48,532 bases of DNA from Elusimicrobiota bacterium. Lineage in GTDB: Bacteria; Elusimicrobiota; Endomicrobiia; CG1-02-37-114; JAHJSO01. Shown in pieces: positions 29,166-39,682 of this stretch. Position 1 is the stretch's first letter, and each line of letters begins with the position of its first letter. The stretch covers positions 1-48,532 of the forward strand of contig JBDRQF010000060.1 in NCBI GenBank assembly GCA_043826435.1, given 5' to 3'. The notes beneath the pieces were generated by a model. That model was not told where the DNA came from, ran no database searches, and saw only the letters and a list, made by a program, of their open reading frames with translations. The position numbers were made by a program, and so were the translations under genes.

Positions 29166-32002
29166 GTTTCCCCCGTTCTATGACTGTTTAAATATTTTTT
29201 CAGGAATTGTCCGGTATGAGAACCGCCCTGCCCCGCTATTTTTTCAGGAGGGCCCTCGGTAACTATAAATCCGCCCTTCTCACCGCCCTCAGGCCCAAGG
29301 TCAATCACCCAGTCGGCTGTCTTTACAACCTCCAGGTTATGCTCTATCACAATGACCGTATTTCCTGCGTCAACCAGCTGGTGCAGAACGCCGAGGAGTT
29401 TTTCAACGTCTGCGAAGTGCAGGCCCGTTGTCGGCTCATCAAGGACGTAGAGCGTTTTGCCCGTGGCCCTCCTGCAGAGTTCCCCGGCGAGTTTTACCCG
29501 CTGCGCTTCCCCTCCCGACAGGGTTGTGGCCGGCTGCCCTATGTGGACATACCCGAGCCCGACGTCGGAGAGTGTCTTTAATATCTTTGCTACATGGGGT
29601 ATGTCCTTAAAAAACACAAGGGCTTCTTCAACGGGCATTTCAAGGACGTCGGCGATATTTTTTCCCTTAAACCTGACCTGCAGTGTCTCTTCGTTGAACC
29701 TCCTGCTTTTACACACCTCGCATCGGACGTACACATCGGGCAAAAACTGCATTTCAATTTTCAGCGTGCCGTCGCCCCGGCAGTTCTCGCACCTGCCGCC
29801 GCGGACGTTAAAACTGAACCTGCCGGGTTTATAGCCCCTCCTGAGGGATTCAGGCATCTGGCTGAAAAGGTCTCTTATCGGAGAAAACACGCCTGTGTAT
29901 GTCGCCGGGTTTGAACGCGGCGTTCTGCCGATGGGCGACTGGTCAACTATTATCACCTTGTCTATGTTTTCCGTCCCCCGTAACGCCGAAAATTTACCAG
30001 GCGGTTCTTTTGACCTGTAAAACTTTTGCGCCAGGGCTTTGTACATAACCTCGTATATCAGGGTTGATTTACCCGAACCAGAAACGCCCGTAATGCATAC
30101 GAACAGCCCTAACGGGATACGGACATCAATCTTTTTCAGGTTGAATTGTTCCGCCCCGAGAATTTCAAGATATTTTCCTGAGGGTTTCCGGCGGACGTCC
30201 GGCAGGGGGATTTTAAGTTTTCCCCGGAGGTAGCGTCCGGTCAAGGATGATTTATTAGCCAGCACCTTTTTTACCGGGCCGCTTACGATAACCCTTCCGC
30301 CATTTAATCCCGCACCCGGTCCCAGGTCAACCACCCAGTCGGCAGAGCGGATTGTCGCCTCGTCGTGTTCAACTATAATCAGGGTATTTCCGAGGTCCCT
30401 CAAAGAGAGCAGCGTATCAATAAGCCGCTTGTTGTCCCTCTGGTGCAGGCCTATGGTCGGTTCGTCCAAAATGTAAAGCACACCGACGAGGCCGGAGCCA
30501 ATCTGGGTGGCAAGGTGTATCCTCTGGGCTTCGCCGCCCGCCAGGGTTGAACTCTCCCTGTCCAGAGTGATATAATCAAGCCCGACGTTCATCAGGAAGC
30601 CCAGCCGCCTGTTTATTTCTTTCAATATCTGTTTTGATATGACACTTTCCTTTTCAGACAGTTCAAGCGATTCAAAAAATTTTAAAGCCGTGTTGATGGA
30701 CATTTTTGATATGTCTGCGACGGACCTGCCGCTTATTGTAACGGAGAGCGCCTCCTTTTTCAGGCGGGCGCCCCCGCATAACGGGCAAACCCTTCTGGTT
30801 ATGTACTTGTTGTATATCTCTTCCTTCACATAGTCGGATTCGGTTTCCCTGTATCTCCTCTGCAGGTTGGTGATGACGCCTTCAAACTCGTCCTTACCGT
30901 AGAGGAGGATGTTTTTTTGTTCAGGGGTAAGTTTTTTGAAAGGCATACTAACGGGGATGTTGTATTTTTTGCATACGTCCGCCAGTATTTCGCCGTAATA
31001 ACCTGACCAGGAATATTTCCACCTGTGAGTGCGGGTCGTGATGGGATCTGCCCAGGGTTTCAGGGCGCCCTCTCTAATGCTTAACCCTGTGTCCGGCACC
31101 ACGAACGCAGGGTCAACTTCTGATTTTACTCCGAGCCCGTCGCAACCCGGGCAGGCGCCATAAGGGGAATTAAAGGAAAATGTACGGGGTTCAATTTCAG
31201 GCATACTCATCCCGCATTCAACGCACGCAAGGTGCTCGCTGTATATTTTCCGGTGAACCCGCCCGGAGATGACCGTTATGAGCCCCTTTGATTCTTTAAG
31301 CGCCGTCTCAACAGAGTCGGCAATCCTTTCCCGCGCGTCGGCAGACGGCATAACGGCGACCATGTCTATTACTACTTCTATATTGTGTTTCTTATACCTG
31401 CTGATGGATATCTTTTCTTCAAGATTGAATATTTTACCGTCAACCCGGACACGAGCGTATCCGTTTTTTTTCAGCCGCTCAAAAAGTTCAATATAAGTAC
31501 CGATTCTGCCGCGGACAACAGGGGCGAGTATGTGGATTTTTGCGCCTTCGGGCAGGCGCATGATGTCGTCAATAATCTGCTGTGCTGACTGCGGCTGTAT
31601 TTTTTTCCCGCAGTTGGGACAGTGCGGGACTCCAATCCTTGCAAACAGGAGGCGTAGATAATCGTATATCTCGGTGACCGTGCCTGCGGTTGAGCGGGGG
31701 TTGTGGCTCGGAGGCCTCTGCTGTATGGCGATGGCGGGGGAGAGCCCGTCAATGTAATCAACATCGGGCTTCTCCATAAGTTCAAGGAATTGCCTGGCGT
31801 AAGCGGACAGGGATTCAACGTATCTCCTCTGTCCTTCAGCGTAAATTGTATCAAACGCAAGAGATGATTTACCTGAACCGGAGAGACCCGTAATTACAAC
31901 GATTTTGTTTCGCGGAATCTCCAGGTGGACATTCTTCAGATTGTGTTGTCTGGCGCCGTGAATAATTATGGAGTTGGTCGTATGCATATCGGATAGTCCC
32001 AC
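29156..32002 (-). CDS. uvrA: Excinuclease ABC subunit A
   Basis: [33 protein letters not shown], two ABC modules ([16 protein letters not shown]), Zn fingers; start GTG 32002 or ATG 31987. Confidence 0.98.
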   Translation of the reverse strand: MGLSDMHTTNSIIIHGARQHNLKNVHLEIPRNKIVVITGLSGSGKSSLAFDTIYAEGQRRYVESLSAYARQFLELMEKPDVDYIDGLSPAIAIQQRPPSHNPRSTAGTVTEIYDYLRLLFARIGVPHCPNCGKKIQPQSAQQIIDDIMRLPEGAKIHILAPVVRGRIGTYIELFERLKKNGYARVRVDGKIFNLEEKISISRYKKHNIEVVIDMVAVMPSADARERIADSVETALKESKGLITVISGRVHRKIYSEHLACVECGMSMPEIEPRTFSFNSPYGACPGCDGLGVKSEVDPAFVVPDTGLSIREGALKPWADPITTRTHRWKYSWSGYYGEILADVCKKYNIPVSMPFKKLTPEQKNILLYGKDEFEGVITNLQRRYRETESDYVKEEIYNKYITRRVCPLCGGARLKKEALSVTISGRSVADISKMSINTALKFFESLELSEKESVISKQILKEINRRLGFLMNVGLDYITLDRESSTLAGGEAQRIHLATQIGSGLVGVLYILDEPTIGLHQRDNKRLIDTLLSLRDLGNTLIIVEHDEATIRSADWVVDLGPGAGLNGGRVIVSGPVKKVLANKSSLTGRYLRGKLKIPLPDVRRKPSGKYLEILGAEQFNLKKIDVRIPLGLFVCITGVSGSGKSTLIYEVMYKALAQKFYRSKEPPGKFSALRGTENIDKVIIVDQSPIGRTPRSNPATYTGVFSPIRDLFSQMPESLRRGYKPGRFSFNVRGGRCENCRGDGTLKIEMQFLPDVYVRCEVCKSRRFNEETLQVRFKGKNIADVLEMPVEEALVFFKDIPHVAKILKTLSDVGLGYVHIGQPATTLSGGEAQRVKLAGELCRRATGKTLYVLDEPTTGLHFADVEKLLGVLHQLVDAGNTVIVIEHNLEVVKTADWVIDLGPEGGEKGGFIVTEGPPEKIAGQGGSHTGQFLKKYLNSHRTGETWV

Positions 32003-32008
32003 CCGATT

Positions 32009-32037
32009 ATTTTAGCAAAATGCAGATAAAATTTCAA
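32009..32037 (-). promoter_or_regulatory. Sigma70-type promoter for uvrA
   Basis: Minus strand TTGAAA-17 nt-TAAAAT with extended TGn. Confidence 0.6.
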
Positions 32038-32041
32038 ATTA

Positions 32042-32157
32042 TGGTGGTCGGGAAAAACTGGACCACTTTTAGGGCTGACTCAAGGTGAAAAAAGTAGTAT
32101 AATATAGCACTGGGGGGTCTGGTATGATGCGTAAGAAATTTGAAGCAGGATTTAAGG
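32042..32157 (+). mobile_element. IS3-family-like left-end relic with truncated OrfA start
   Basis: TGGTGGTCGGGAAAAACTGGACCAC resembles IS3-family IRL; CTGACT-17-TATAAT promoter; GGGGGG SD and ATG giving MRKKFEAGFK, like the IS3 OrfA start (RKKF...FKAK), after which similarity stops. Confidence 0.62.
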
Positions 32158-32171
32158 ATTTGATTATGACA

Positions 32172-34061
32172 TCATTCTTCAGTGAACATCGCCTTATTCT
32201 CAATGAGCGAAGAATAATCTTCAAGCGAACCGCCTGACAGACAGCAATCAATGATCCGCTTGCCTGGTGGGAGCAGGTCAGGTTCTAAGAATTTAACCAA
32301 CTGGTTATGAAAAAATTTAGTCAGAATCTCAGAGCCCTGGTCATACGCTTCTTCACCAACCTCGGGTTGTTTATCAACCTGAAGGTACCAGTCACCGATG
32401 GTCTGTCCTTCAACCATAATTGGCTTTAATGCATAACCCAACAAAGCGCAGCGCGCAGGAATAATCTGGTCGCTTGTGAACTTAGCCCCTCCCCGCCGTG
32501 CCAGGTATTCCCGCGCAATCCACTGCGGCATGAACCCAACACGCCAGACCCCGATGTGTTGATTCGGGCAAAGGATATAACACATCCGGGGGGTTTCGAT
32601 AATCTGTTTAAGCAATAGATTGCCTTGATCAACCCGACGGCCGGTGGCAAACGGCCAGTATGAACCAACCCCTTCTGAACTCATACCCTCTGTCTGAACT
32701 ATACTCGGGTTTTCATAACCGCGCGGGGAAACGAGTCGCCATAGCCACGCCAGTGCAGGCGGCAGAACATGAAACAGACCAACAATTCCATATGTCGGCT
32801 GATTTTTGCTACACGGTGGAGTGCGAATGCCAAAGCTACGGATATCCACTGTTACGGGATTATTGACCACACCAGGAACAATTCGGCGCGGAATAATGAC
32901 ACGCGGGTTTGGGCACGGCACACCCGGAGCGTCTTCTGTGTGTTCCCATATCAAAGCCGTGCTACCCGGTGTTGCGTTGATGTTAAGGAAAAGAATCGGT
33001 TCGGGTGGATTTATAGTGATTTCCTCCAGATGAGGGTCAGTACCATACCCAATAATGTGGTTGATACGAACAAACCAGGCGTCTTCCGCATCCATTAGAG
33101 ATATCTTACCGGCGCCTTTCTGCAGGGATGGGTGGCACAAAGCCATGTCATCGGTAACAGGACGCAGATGGCATACCCGGGGCAAAACGATATAACGGTC
33201 CTCACCATTCAACAGGTTATGTCCCAGTAAAATACGGCCATCGCGTTCGCGGTGGATTTGCTCGAGCATCTCACTTTTACCACCGCCACTGGCTCCCTCA
33301 TGCATAATCGTTACTTTGTTATCGTAAGGTGTGACAACCTGCACCGTAGAGCAGTGCGTCGTCGCCCATTGCTCTTGTACACCGAGTTCAATGAGCATCC
33401 CATAGACACCCTTTTTGGCGCTGGGTCCCGGGTAGAGGTTGTAACTGAACATCTCGTAGATACTTGTGCGATTGTGTACCACAATCTGTTTGCCGTCAAA
33501 GTGACTGTGTCGGAATGGCGGAGCGATGTATATTACCGCTTTCGGTGAGAAGTTTTCCGGTATCTCTTCCGGATTAAGTATCCCTTGTAACAACGATAAG
33601 CCGAGTGCAAAGAAGCCGGCATTGGCAGGAGATACAACCATAGAGTTTATTCCCTTGCCGGGTGCCCCGGCGATAAAAAAATAAATTGCCAGTTTCTGGG
33701 TCTTGAGCCAATCAAATGTTTCCTGTCTGAGTTTTACGAAATCCGTGCCAAAACGGTTATTAAAACGAGGTTTATCAGTCGGTAAGTTGTCGGCAATTAC
33801 CATACAGTCAGGATCGCGGCGACGCATGTATGGCTCTATGTAATTCGCTGCTATGCCATTGCGTACACGACAAACACGCGCTTCAACAACCCGCCCCTTG
33901 CCCGGTACATCATAAGATACCTCGTGCCAGCCATCCGCGGCTGCATCGCGGCAAGATAACTCAACCAGTTCGGTCACGCTTCTGGCGACCGAATATCCGG
34001 GACATCCGGACAATATATCCATAACTTCAGTTGGCAGTTTAAACTTTGTCAAATCAAGCAT
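32172..34061 (-). CDS. DUF4914 family protein (PEP carboxykinase-like P-loop fold)
   Basis: NYIEPYMRRRDPDCMVI, YNLYPGPSAKKGVYG, HEGASGGGKSEM, VTDDM, GVPCPNPRV, SEGVGSYWPFATG. Confidence 0.85.
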   Translation of the reverse strand: MLDLTKFKLPTEVMDILSGCPGYSVARSVTELVELSCRDAAADGWHEVSYDVPGKGRVVEARVCRVRNGIAANYIEPYMRRRDPDCMVIADNLPTDKPRFNNRFGTDFVKLRQETFDWLKTQKLAIYFFIAGAPGKGINSMVVSPANAGFFALGLSLLQGILNPEEIPENFSPKAVIYIAPPFRHSHFDGKQIVVHNRTSIYEMFSYNLYPGPSAKKGVYGMLIELGVQEQWATTHCSTVQVVTPYDNKVTIMHEGASGGGKSEMLEQIHRERDGRILLGHNLLNGEDRYIVLPRVCHLRPVTDDMALCHPSLQKGAGKISLMDAEDAWFVRINHIIGYGTDPHLEEITINPPEPILFLNINATPGSTALIWEHTEDAPGVPCPNPRVIIPRRIVPGVVNNPVTVDIRSFGIRTPPCSKNQPTYGIVGLFHVLPPALAWLWRLVSPRGYENPSIVQTEGMSSEGVGSYWPFATGRRVDQGNLLLKQIIETPRMCYILCPNQHIGVWRVGFMPQWIAREYLARRGGAKFTSDQIIPARCALLGYALKPIMVEGQTIGDWYLQVDKQPEVGEEAYDQGSEILTKFFHNQLVKFLEPDLLPPGKRIIDCCLSGGSLEDYSSLIENKAMFTEE

Positions 34062-34083
34062 TTTTCGCTATCCTTTGCTACTT

Positions 34084-34190
34084 CTGGACCACACCCTCTG
34101 GACTGCACCCTCGGGACTGCACCCTTGAAACCGGACACCAAATTAGTTAAAATATCTGACAAGGACTCTTAAAAGGAGGACCGTCAAATG
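34084..34190 (+). mobile_element. Second IS3-family-like end relic, with a triplicated 14-bp tip
   Basis: CTGGACCACACCCT / CTGGACTGCACCCT / CGGGACTGCACCCT then TGAAACCGGACACC (IS3/IS150-type IR pattern), followed by AAGGAGG and an ATG for only a 16-codon ORF. Confidence 0.5.
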
Positions 34191-34237
34191 AAAAACTGTT
34201 TCATTCTTCGTTGGACTAATAGCTTCGCAATCACCTG

Positions 34238-34266
34238 ATTATACAAAATTTTCAAATCAAATGCAA
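34238..34266 (-). promoter_or_regulatory. Sigma70-type promoter for the DUF4914 gene
   Basis: Minus strand TTGCAT-17 nt-TATAAT. Confidence 0.6.
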
Positions 34267-34321
34267 ATGGAAGATAGTTATAGTTATGTCAGGATCTGTG
34301 CGGAAAATTTGATTCGGATGC

Positions 34322-34351
34322 TTGACTTTCTCAATAAAAATTTGCTAAAAT
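34322..34351 (+). promoter_or_regulatory. Sigma70-type promoter for the pal operon
   Basis: TTGACT-18 nt-TAAAAT with extended TGn. Confidence 0.65.
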
Positions 34352-34411
34352 AAACAATTAGACGGGTTGCCCGCCGTCGGGCAGAGCGTGACATAATCAA
34401 GGAGGAGAAAG

Positions 34412-34915
34412 ATGATGAAGTTGATAAAGGGTTTTGTTGTTATTTTTTTAGTTGTTTTTCTTGTGGGGTGTCCCAAAAAACCGCCCAAGCCCGTTGCCGT
34501 CCCGGTTGTACCTGCCCCTGTGGCTGAAGAAGAACCCGACATAAGGGGAAAGGAATACAAGAGTATCCCGGAACTTGCAAGCATATATTTTGAATATGAC
34601 AAGTACGGAATCGTTCCCGGGTCGGCGGAGATTTTAAGAAAGAATGCGGAATACCTGAAGGGGAACAAAGACCTTGAGATCCTTGTGGAAGGGCATACCT
34701 GCGAGTGCGGCACAAACGAGTACAACCTGTCGCTGGGTCAGAAGAGGGCTCTGGCTGTCAGGGATTACTACGTTAAACTTGGTATTTCAGGCGGGAGGAT
34801 AGGGACGATATCCTACGGCGAGGAAGCCCCCGTCAATATAAACGCAGGGCCCCCCGATACGCCGGCATGCCTTTCAAACCGCCGGTCAGAAACTAAAGCC
34901 AGGCGCAAAATTTAA
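34412..34915 (+). CDS. pal: Peptidoglycan-associated lipoprotein (OmpA-like domain)
   Basis: Lipobox LVGC; IYFEYDK, VEGHTCECGTNEYNLSLGQKRA, ISYGEE, NRR; followed by cpoB. Confidence 0.9.
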   Translation: MMKLIKGFVVIFLVVFLVGCPKKPPKPVAVPVVPAPVAEEEPDIRGKEYKSIPELASIYFEYDKYGIVPGSAEILRKNAEYLKGNKDLEILVEGHTCECGTNEYNLSLGQKRALAVRDYYVKLGISGGRIGTISYGEEAPVNINAGPPDTPACLSNRRSETKARRKI

Positions 34916-34959
34916 CATAGGGATACGTGAATGCAGGGAGGAGGTTGCGCTAAAATCAG

Positions 34960-35652
34960 ATGAAAATTTATCCGGTAGCCCTGCTTTTTTTCCTTTCGGG
35001 TTGCATTGCGACCTCCCGCGAGATAACGGAGTTGCGGGACGACATATCCGAACTGAGAATCCAGATGAACTCCCTCCAACGTAACCAGGCGGACCTTTCT
35101 TCAAAGATGGACACCAGCGAAAGGAGCGCTTCGGTACTCAACGAAAAACTGGATGATACAAAAAACAGAATGTCAATCCTGTCTCAGCGCATGGACGATA
35201 TTTATTCCGGTCTGAGCCAGAGGATGGACATAGTTTCCGAACAACTCTCGGGCAAAACCCCGCGGTTAGCCCCGACGCCGGGCGAACTCTACAAGATGGC
35301 TTACGGCGATTACACAAAAGGCAAGTACGACCTCTCAATCGTCGGGTTCAGGTCTTATCTTGAAAAATACCCGCAGGGAGAACTTGCACACAACGCGCAG
35401 TATTATTTAGCTGACTCTTATTTTAACAAGGTTGATTATGCTGCCGCCCTCTCTGAATTTGACAGGCACATTGAATTCTACAATTACAGCGACATGCTCC
35501 CTTCTTCAAAATACAAAAAGGCGGTTTGTCTGGTTGAGTTAAAAAGGCATTCCGAAGCGAAAGCAGTGTTTGAAGACATAATCAAAAAACACCCTAATAC
35601 CCACGAGGCCGACCAGTCAAAACAAAAAATACAGCCAGCAACCTCCCCTTAA
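34960..35652 (+). CDS. cpoB: Tol-Pal system protein CpoB/YbgF (lipoprotein, coiled coil + TPR)
   Basis: Lipobox LSGC, coiled coil, LYKMAYGDY..GKYDLSI..F..Y...YP...AHNAQYYLADSY TPRs. Confidence 0.9.
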   Translation: MKIYPVALLFFLSGCIATSREITELRDDISELRIQMNSLQRNQADLSSKMDTSERSASVLNEKLDDTKNRMSILSQRMDDIYSGLSQRMDIVSEQLSGKTPRLAPTPGELYKMAYGDYTKGKYDLSIVGFRSYLEKYPQGELAHNAQYYLADSYFNKVDYAAALSEFDRHIEFYNYSDMLPSSKYKKAVCLVELKRHSEAKAVFEDIIKKHPNTHEADQSKQKIQPATSP

Positions 35653-36273
35653 ATGAAACATCCGAATGAGATAATAAAAGAATCGGGTAATTTTAAATCA
35701 GCCCTGGTGCTTTCATTAATCCTGCATATCGTTGCTTTTACCTTCGCGCCCTTTGCAAAGAAGAAAAGTATAATATACGTAAGTTTCCCGATAGAACTGG
35801 TCCCGATGCCACCTGTTTTTGAGAAGGTTGAGGAGCAAAGAGAGGAAAAGAAAGAGGTAATAGCGGTAAAAAAGGTAGTTCAAAAGAAACCGGAAAAAAA
35901 GGTGAAGGAAAAAGAGGCGAAGCCTCAGCCGCCATCCCCGCCCCAGCCGCAGACGTTAAGACAACCGCTGTCTTCTCTGACCATTGAAGCGGCAAAGTTC
36001 CCGTATATGTATTATCTGGGCCAGATAAGGAAAAAGGTGGCGGAGAACTGGGTGTTCAGCAGGGAATCCGGGATGCTGCGGTCGGTGGTGTATTTCAGGA
36101 TAAAATCAAACGGCGAGATTACCGCTGCAAAACTTGAGGAGACATCAGGCGATAAATTTTTTGACCAGATATGCCTGAGGGCGGTGCAACTTTCAGAGCC
36201 GTTCCCCCCGTTGCCTGCGGGATACCAGGAAGATTATTTAGGGGTGTATTTTGAATTTGCATTCAGGGAGTAA
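35653..36273 (+). CDS. TolA/TonB-family energy transducer
   Basis: TM helix with SLILH, Lys/Pro-rich linker, C-terminal YLGQIRKKVAENW...SGDKFFDQICLRAV...PFPPLP. Confidence 0.87.
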   Translation: MKHPNEIIKESGNFKSALVLSLILHIVAFTFAPFAKKKSIIYVSFPIELVPMPPVFEKVEEQREEKKEVIAVKKVVQKKPEKKVKEKEAKPQPPSPPQPQTLRQPLSSLTIEAAKFPYMYYLGQIRKKVAENWVFSRESGMLRSVVYFRIKSNGEITAAKLEETSGDKFFDQICLRAVQLSEPFPPLPAGYQEDYLGVYFEFAFRE

Positions 36274-37594
36274 TAATTGCAGGGGCAGGCATTTCTTAGG
36301 GCCGGTGCGTCTTGCGGTTGCCTGGCTTGCAGTATGCCTTTTTGTGCAGGGCTCTCCGCGGGCGGGAGCGGTGGACGTTTATGTCCAACTTTCCCAGCAC
36401 GGTCGGAGGATAAACATCGGGGTCGCCGTTTTCACTCCGGTTTCAGGCGACATAAAGGAGGCGGAGACAGCCAGGAAAATTCAGGAGGTCCTGAGGCACG
36501 ATTTACTTTTTACGAGATACTTTAATGTGTCGGAAATTGATGCGTCGCTTAAAGACAAGCCGGACGAAAGAAAAGCCAAACTAATGGAGGCAGGACAGCG
36601 GGGGATTGACGTTGTGGTTACCGGAAGCGTCCGGATTCACAAGACCGAATGCACATTGAAAGCGGAACTTTATGACGCCCAGACGGGGGAAAATATTTTT
36701 AACATGACTTTTAAGGACAGCCCGGAAAACTACAGGGCTATGGCGCATGAATTAAACGATGAAATCGTCCTGAGGTTTACGGGCATCAGGGGGATAGCCC
36801 ATACGAAGATTGCATTCGTCAACGACAATACGGGGAGCAAGGAGATATATGTTGTTGATTACGACGGGCACAACCTGAGGAAACTCACCTCACTGGGTTC
36901 AATATGTCTTTTCCCCAGGTGGTCGCCCGACGGTAAAAAGATTATTTTCACGACTTACAGATACGGGAACCCGGATTTGTACGTTATGAATGCGGATGGT
37001 TCGTCAGTGGAAGGGGTTTCCCTCCGGCAGGGACTGAACACTGCGGCGGTATGGTTGCCCGACGGCAAAAGTATATTGCTGACGATGTCGGGGGGCGCAA
37101 CGCCCCAGATATACGAGATAGATACAAAGGGAAAAATTATCAGGCAACTTACAATGGGAAGGGCAATAGACACCTCGCCTTCCGTTTCCCCTGCGGGCAG
37201 GGAGTTTGTTTTTGTGTCAGACAGGGCTGGAGCGCCGCAGTTGTACGTTTCGGACGTTCACGGGACGAACGTCAGGCGGCTGCCGACGGAAGGTTACGTT
37301 GATTCTCCTTCCTGGTCGCCCAGGGGCGATGCGGTTGCCTTTGCAATGAGGCCGTACGGTAAGAACTTCTTTGATATTTTTTTGTACGGCATTGCGAATG
37401 GCTCTGTCAGGCAGATGACCTTTGGCAGCAGGAGTAACGAAAGCCCCTCTTTCTCGCCTGACGGAAGATTTATTGCGTACTGCTCGGACCCTGACAGGAA
37501 GAAAGAAATCTTTTTGATGTTCATAGACGGTTCAGGACAGAGGCGTGTCGGCGGAATAAAGGGGAATTCCTCAATGCCGTCCTGGTCGCCTTGA
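36251..37594 (+). CDS. tolB: TolB beta-propeller protein
   Basis: TolB N-domain, FTGIRGIAHTKIAFV, DYDG, repeated PxWSPDG (PD40) motifs, terminal PSWSP; start uncertain. Confidence 0.93.
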   Translation: MNLHSGSNNCRGRHFLGPVRLAVAWLAVCLFVQGSPRAGAVDVYVQLSQHGRRINIGVAVFTPVSGDIKEAETARKIQEVLRHDLLFTRYFNVSEIDASLKDKPDERKAKLMEAGQRGIDVVVTGSVRIHKTECTLKAELYDAQTGENIFNMTFKDSPENYRAMAHELNDEIVLRFTGIRGIAHTKIAFVNDNTGSKEIYVVDYDGHNLRKLTSLGSICLFPRWSPDGKKIIFTTYRYGNPDLYVMNADGSSVEGVSLRQGLNTAAVWLPDGKSILLTMSGGATPQIYEIDTKGKIIRQLTMGRAIDTSPSVSPAGREFVFVSDRAGAPQLYVSDVHGTNVRRLPTEGYVDSPSWSPRGDAVAFAMRPYGKNFFDIFLYGIANGSVRQMTFGSRSNESPSFSPDGRFIAYCSDPDRKKEIFLMFIDGSGQRRVGGIKGNSSMPSWSP

Positions 37595-37620
37595 CTATAA
37601 AGGGGCAAATTTTGTATAAT
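37591..37620 (+). promoter_or_regulatory. Sigma70-type promoter for tolQ-like gene and downstream genes
   Basis: TTGACT-18 nt-TATAAT; -35 overlaps tolB TGA stop. Confidence 0.7.
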
Positions 37621-37657
37621 AAACGTACTGGGAAGAGCGACAATATAGGAGGGCAAA

Positions 37658-38248
37658 ATGTGGGGTTATTTTCTTAAAGGCGGGATAATGATGTGGCCCA
37701 TAATGGGCTGTTCGGTGCTCTCGGCGGCGATAATAATTGAACGGCTTATTTTTTATAACAGAGCGCGCACGCGGCATTTTTTTGTGGCAAGATTGATTGA
37801 ACTCGCCGGGAAAAAGGAAATAGACAAGGCGGTCCAACTGTGTAAGAACTCACGCGGGTCGGTCGTCGGCATAATAAAATACGGATTGATGAAGTTTAAT
37901 GAAGGCAGAGAGGGCATGGAAAAGGCGATGGAGGAAGCCGGCCTTTACGAAATCCCGCGGCTTGAGAAATACCTGCCCATCCTGGCAGCGATATCTTCAA
38001 CCGCCACACTGATGGGATTTACCGGCACCGTTATGGGTATGATACGCGCCTTCAATGACATAGTCCAGCACGGTATTTCCTCGCCGACGGTAGTCGCCAA
38101 GGGGATAGCGGAGGCGCTTATAACCACCGCATCCGGACTTTTTGTGGCGATTCCGACGATTCTTTTTTATCACTATTTCTCCCACATCGTTGAGAGGATT
38201 ACGATTGAGATGGAGCAGTACAGCACTGAGTTGTTTAAGTTGAAATGA
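37658..38248 (+). CDS. MotA/TolQ/ExbB proton channel protein
   Basis: GGIMMWPI, IIER, LMGFTGTVMGMIRAF, GIAEALITTASGLFVAIP. Confidence 0.93.
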   Translation: MWGYFLKGGIMMWPIMGCSVLSAAIIIERLIFYNRARTRHFFVARLIELAGKKEIDKAVQLCKNSRGSVVGIIKYGLMKFNEGREGMEKAMEEAGLYEIPRLEKYLPILAAISSTATLMGFTGTVMGMIRAFNDIVQHGISSPTVVAKGIAEALITTASGLFVAIPTILFYHYFSHIVERITIEMEQYSTELFKLK

Positions 38249-39639
38249 AAAAAGCATTGACGAAAATTTTAATCAGGAACGCGCTCCTTGTTGCGACGAT
38301 GGACGACAGGGGCACCCGCATCCCTTCAGGAGATGTCTTGATTGATTCCTGTGAGATTAAGGATGCCGGCACAGGGCTGATGAAAAAACACCGTCTCAAC
38401 AGTTCAAACACTAAAATAATAGATGCCACCGGATGTATCGTTTTACCCGGTTTTGTTAACACCCATCACCATCTCTACCAGTCGCTCAACAGGGTTCTCC
38501 CGGCTGTCCAGGACGCGGAACTCTTTGACTGGATTAAATACCTGTATGGCGTGTGGGAAAAGATTACGCCCGAGTGGGTGCACGTTTCTACCCAGGTAGG
38601 TCTGGCTGAATTGCTTTTGACCGGATGCACGACCACGACCGACCAGTTCTATGTTTTCCCGGAAGGCCAGCCGTCCGATCTGCTGGATTACGAGATTTCT
38701 GCCGCAAGGGAAATCGGCATAAGGTTCCACCCGTCCCGCGGGTCAATGTCCTGCGGGAAATCAAAAGGCGGCCTGCCTCCCGACAGCGTCGTCCAGACGG
38801 AAGACAAAATACTCAGGGACTGCGAGAGGGTTGTAAATAAATACCACGACCCCGGCAAGTTCTCAATGTGCAGGATAGTCCTTGCGCCCTGCTCCCCCTT
38901 TTCGGTTACGACGGAACTCCTTAAACAAACGCTTGAATTCGCCCGTAGGGACCCGGCAAAAAAGATATACTGCCATACGCATCTTGCAGAGACGCTTGAC
39001 GAGGAAAAGTACTGTATTGGAATTTACGGCAAGAGGCCTGCGGAATACATACGTGATATAGGATGGCTCGGCGGGGACGTCTTTTTCGCACACTGCGTGC
39101 ATTTAAATACAGACGAGATAAAAATGCTCGGCAGGACGAAAACCGGGGTCGCCCACTGCCCCGTATCAAACCTCCGACTGTCAAGCGGTATCGCCCCGAT
39201 AAGGGAACTGATAGACGCCGGTGCAAAGGTAGGGCTTGCCGTTGACGGTTCCGCCTCAAATGATTCGGGCAACATGCTGGCGGAACTGAGACAGTGCCTG
39301 CTTGTGCACAGGTACCGCTCGGGCGTAACCTCAATGAAGGCGGAAGAGGTGGTGCGGCTTGCCACAAGAGGTGGTGCGGATGTTTTGGGCAGGGACGATA
39401 TCGGTTCCATTGAACCGGGTAAGGCGGCTGACGTTGTGTTGTATGATTTGAATAAAATAGGTTATGCGGGAGCAATGTCCGACCCGCTGGCTGCGCTTAT
39501 TTTTTGCGGCGATACCCAGATAGCGAAAACGGTTGTTGTCAACGGAAAGGTTGTTGTGGACGACGGGCGGCTTGTGACGGTTGATGAAGAAAAGGTCACC
39601 CGGAAGGCAAATCTCCTGACAAAAATGCTTAATGAATAG
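38245..39639 (+). CDS. 8-oxoguanine deaminase-like amidohydrolase (AtzB family)
   Basis: PGFVNTHHHLYQSL, SRGSMS.GKSKGGLPPD, LAPCSPFSV, HTHLAET, AHCVH, AHCPVSNLRL, AVDGSASND. Confidence 0.88.
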   Translation: MKKALTKILIRNALLVATMDDRGTRIPSGDVLIDSCEIKDAGTGLMKKHRLNSSNTKIIDATGCIVLPGFVNTHHHLYQSLNRVLPAVQDAELFDWIKYLYGVWEKITPEWVHVSTQVGLAELLLTGCTTTTDQFYVFPEGQPSDLLDYEISAAREIGIRFHPSRGSMSCGKSKGGLPPDSVVQTEDKILRDCERVVNKYHDPGKFSMCRIVLAPCSPFSVTTELLKQTLEFARRDPAKKIYCHTHLAETLDEEKYCIGIYGKRPAEYIRDIGWLGGDVFFAHCVHLNTDEIKMLGRTKTGVAHCPVSNLRLSSGIAPIRELIDAGAKVGLAVDGSASNDSGNMLAELRQCLLVHRYRSGVTSMKAEEVVRLATRGGADVLGRDDIGSIEPGKAADVVLYDLNKIGYAGAMSDPLAALIFCGDTQIAKTVVVNGKVVVDDGRLVTVDEEKVTRKANLLTKMLNE

Positions 39640-39682
39640 GTGAGGCGCTGTCCCGGCCCGCTGGCCAGGACGCGGAGGGAAC

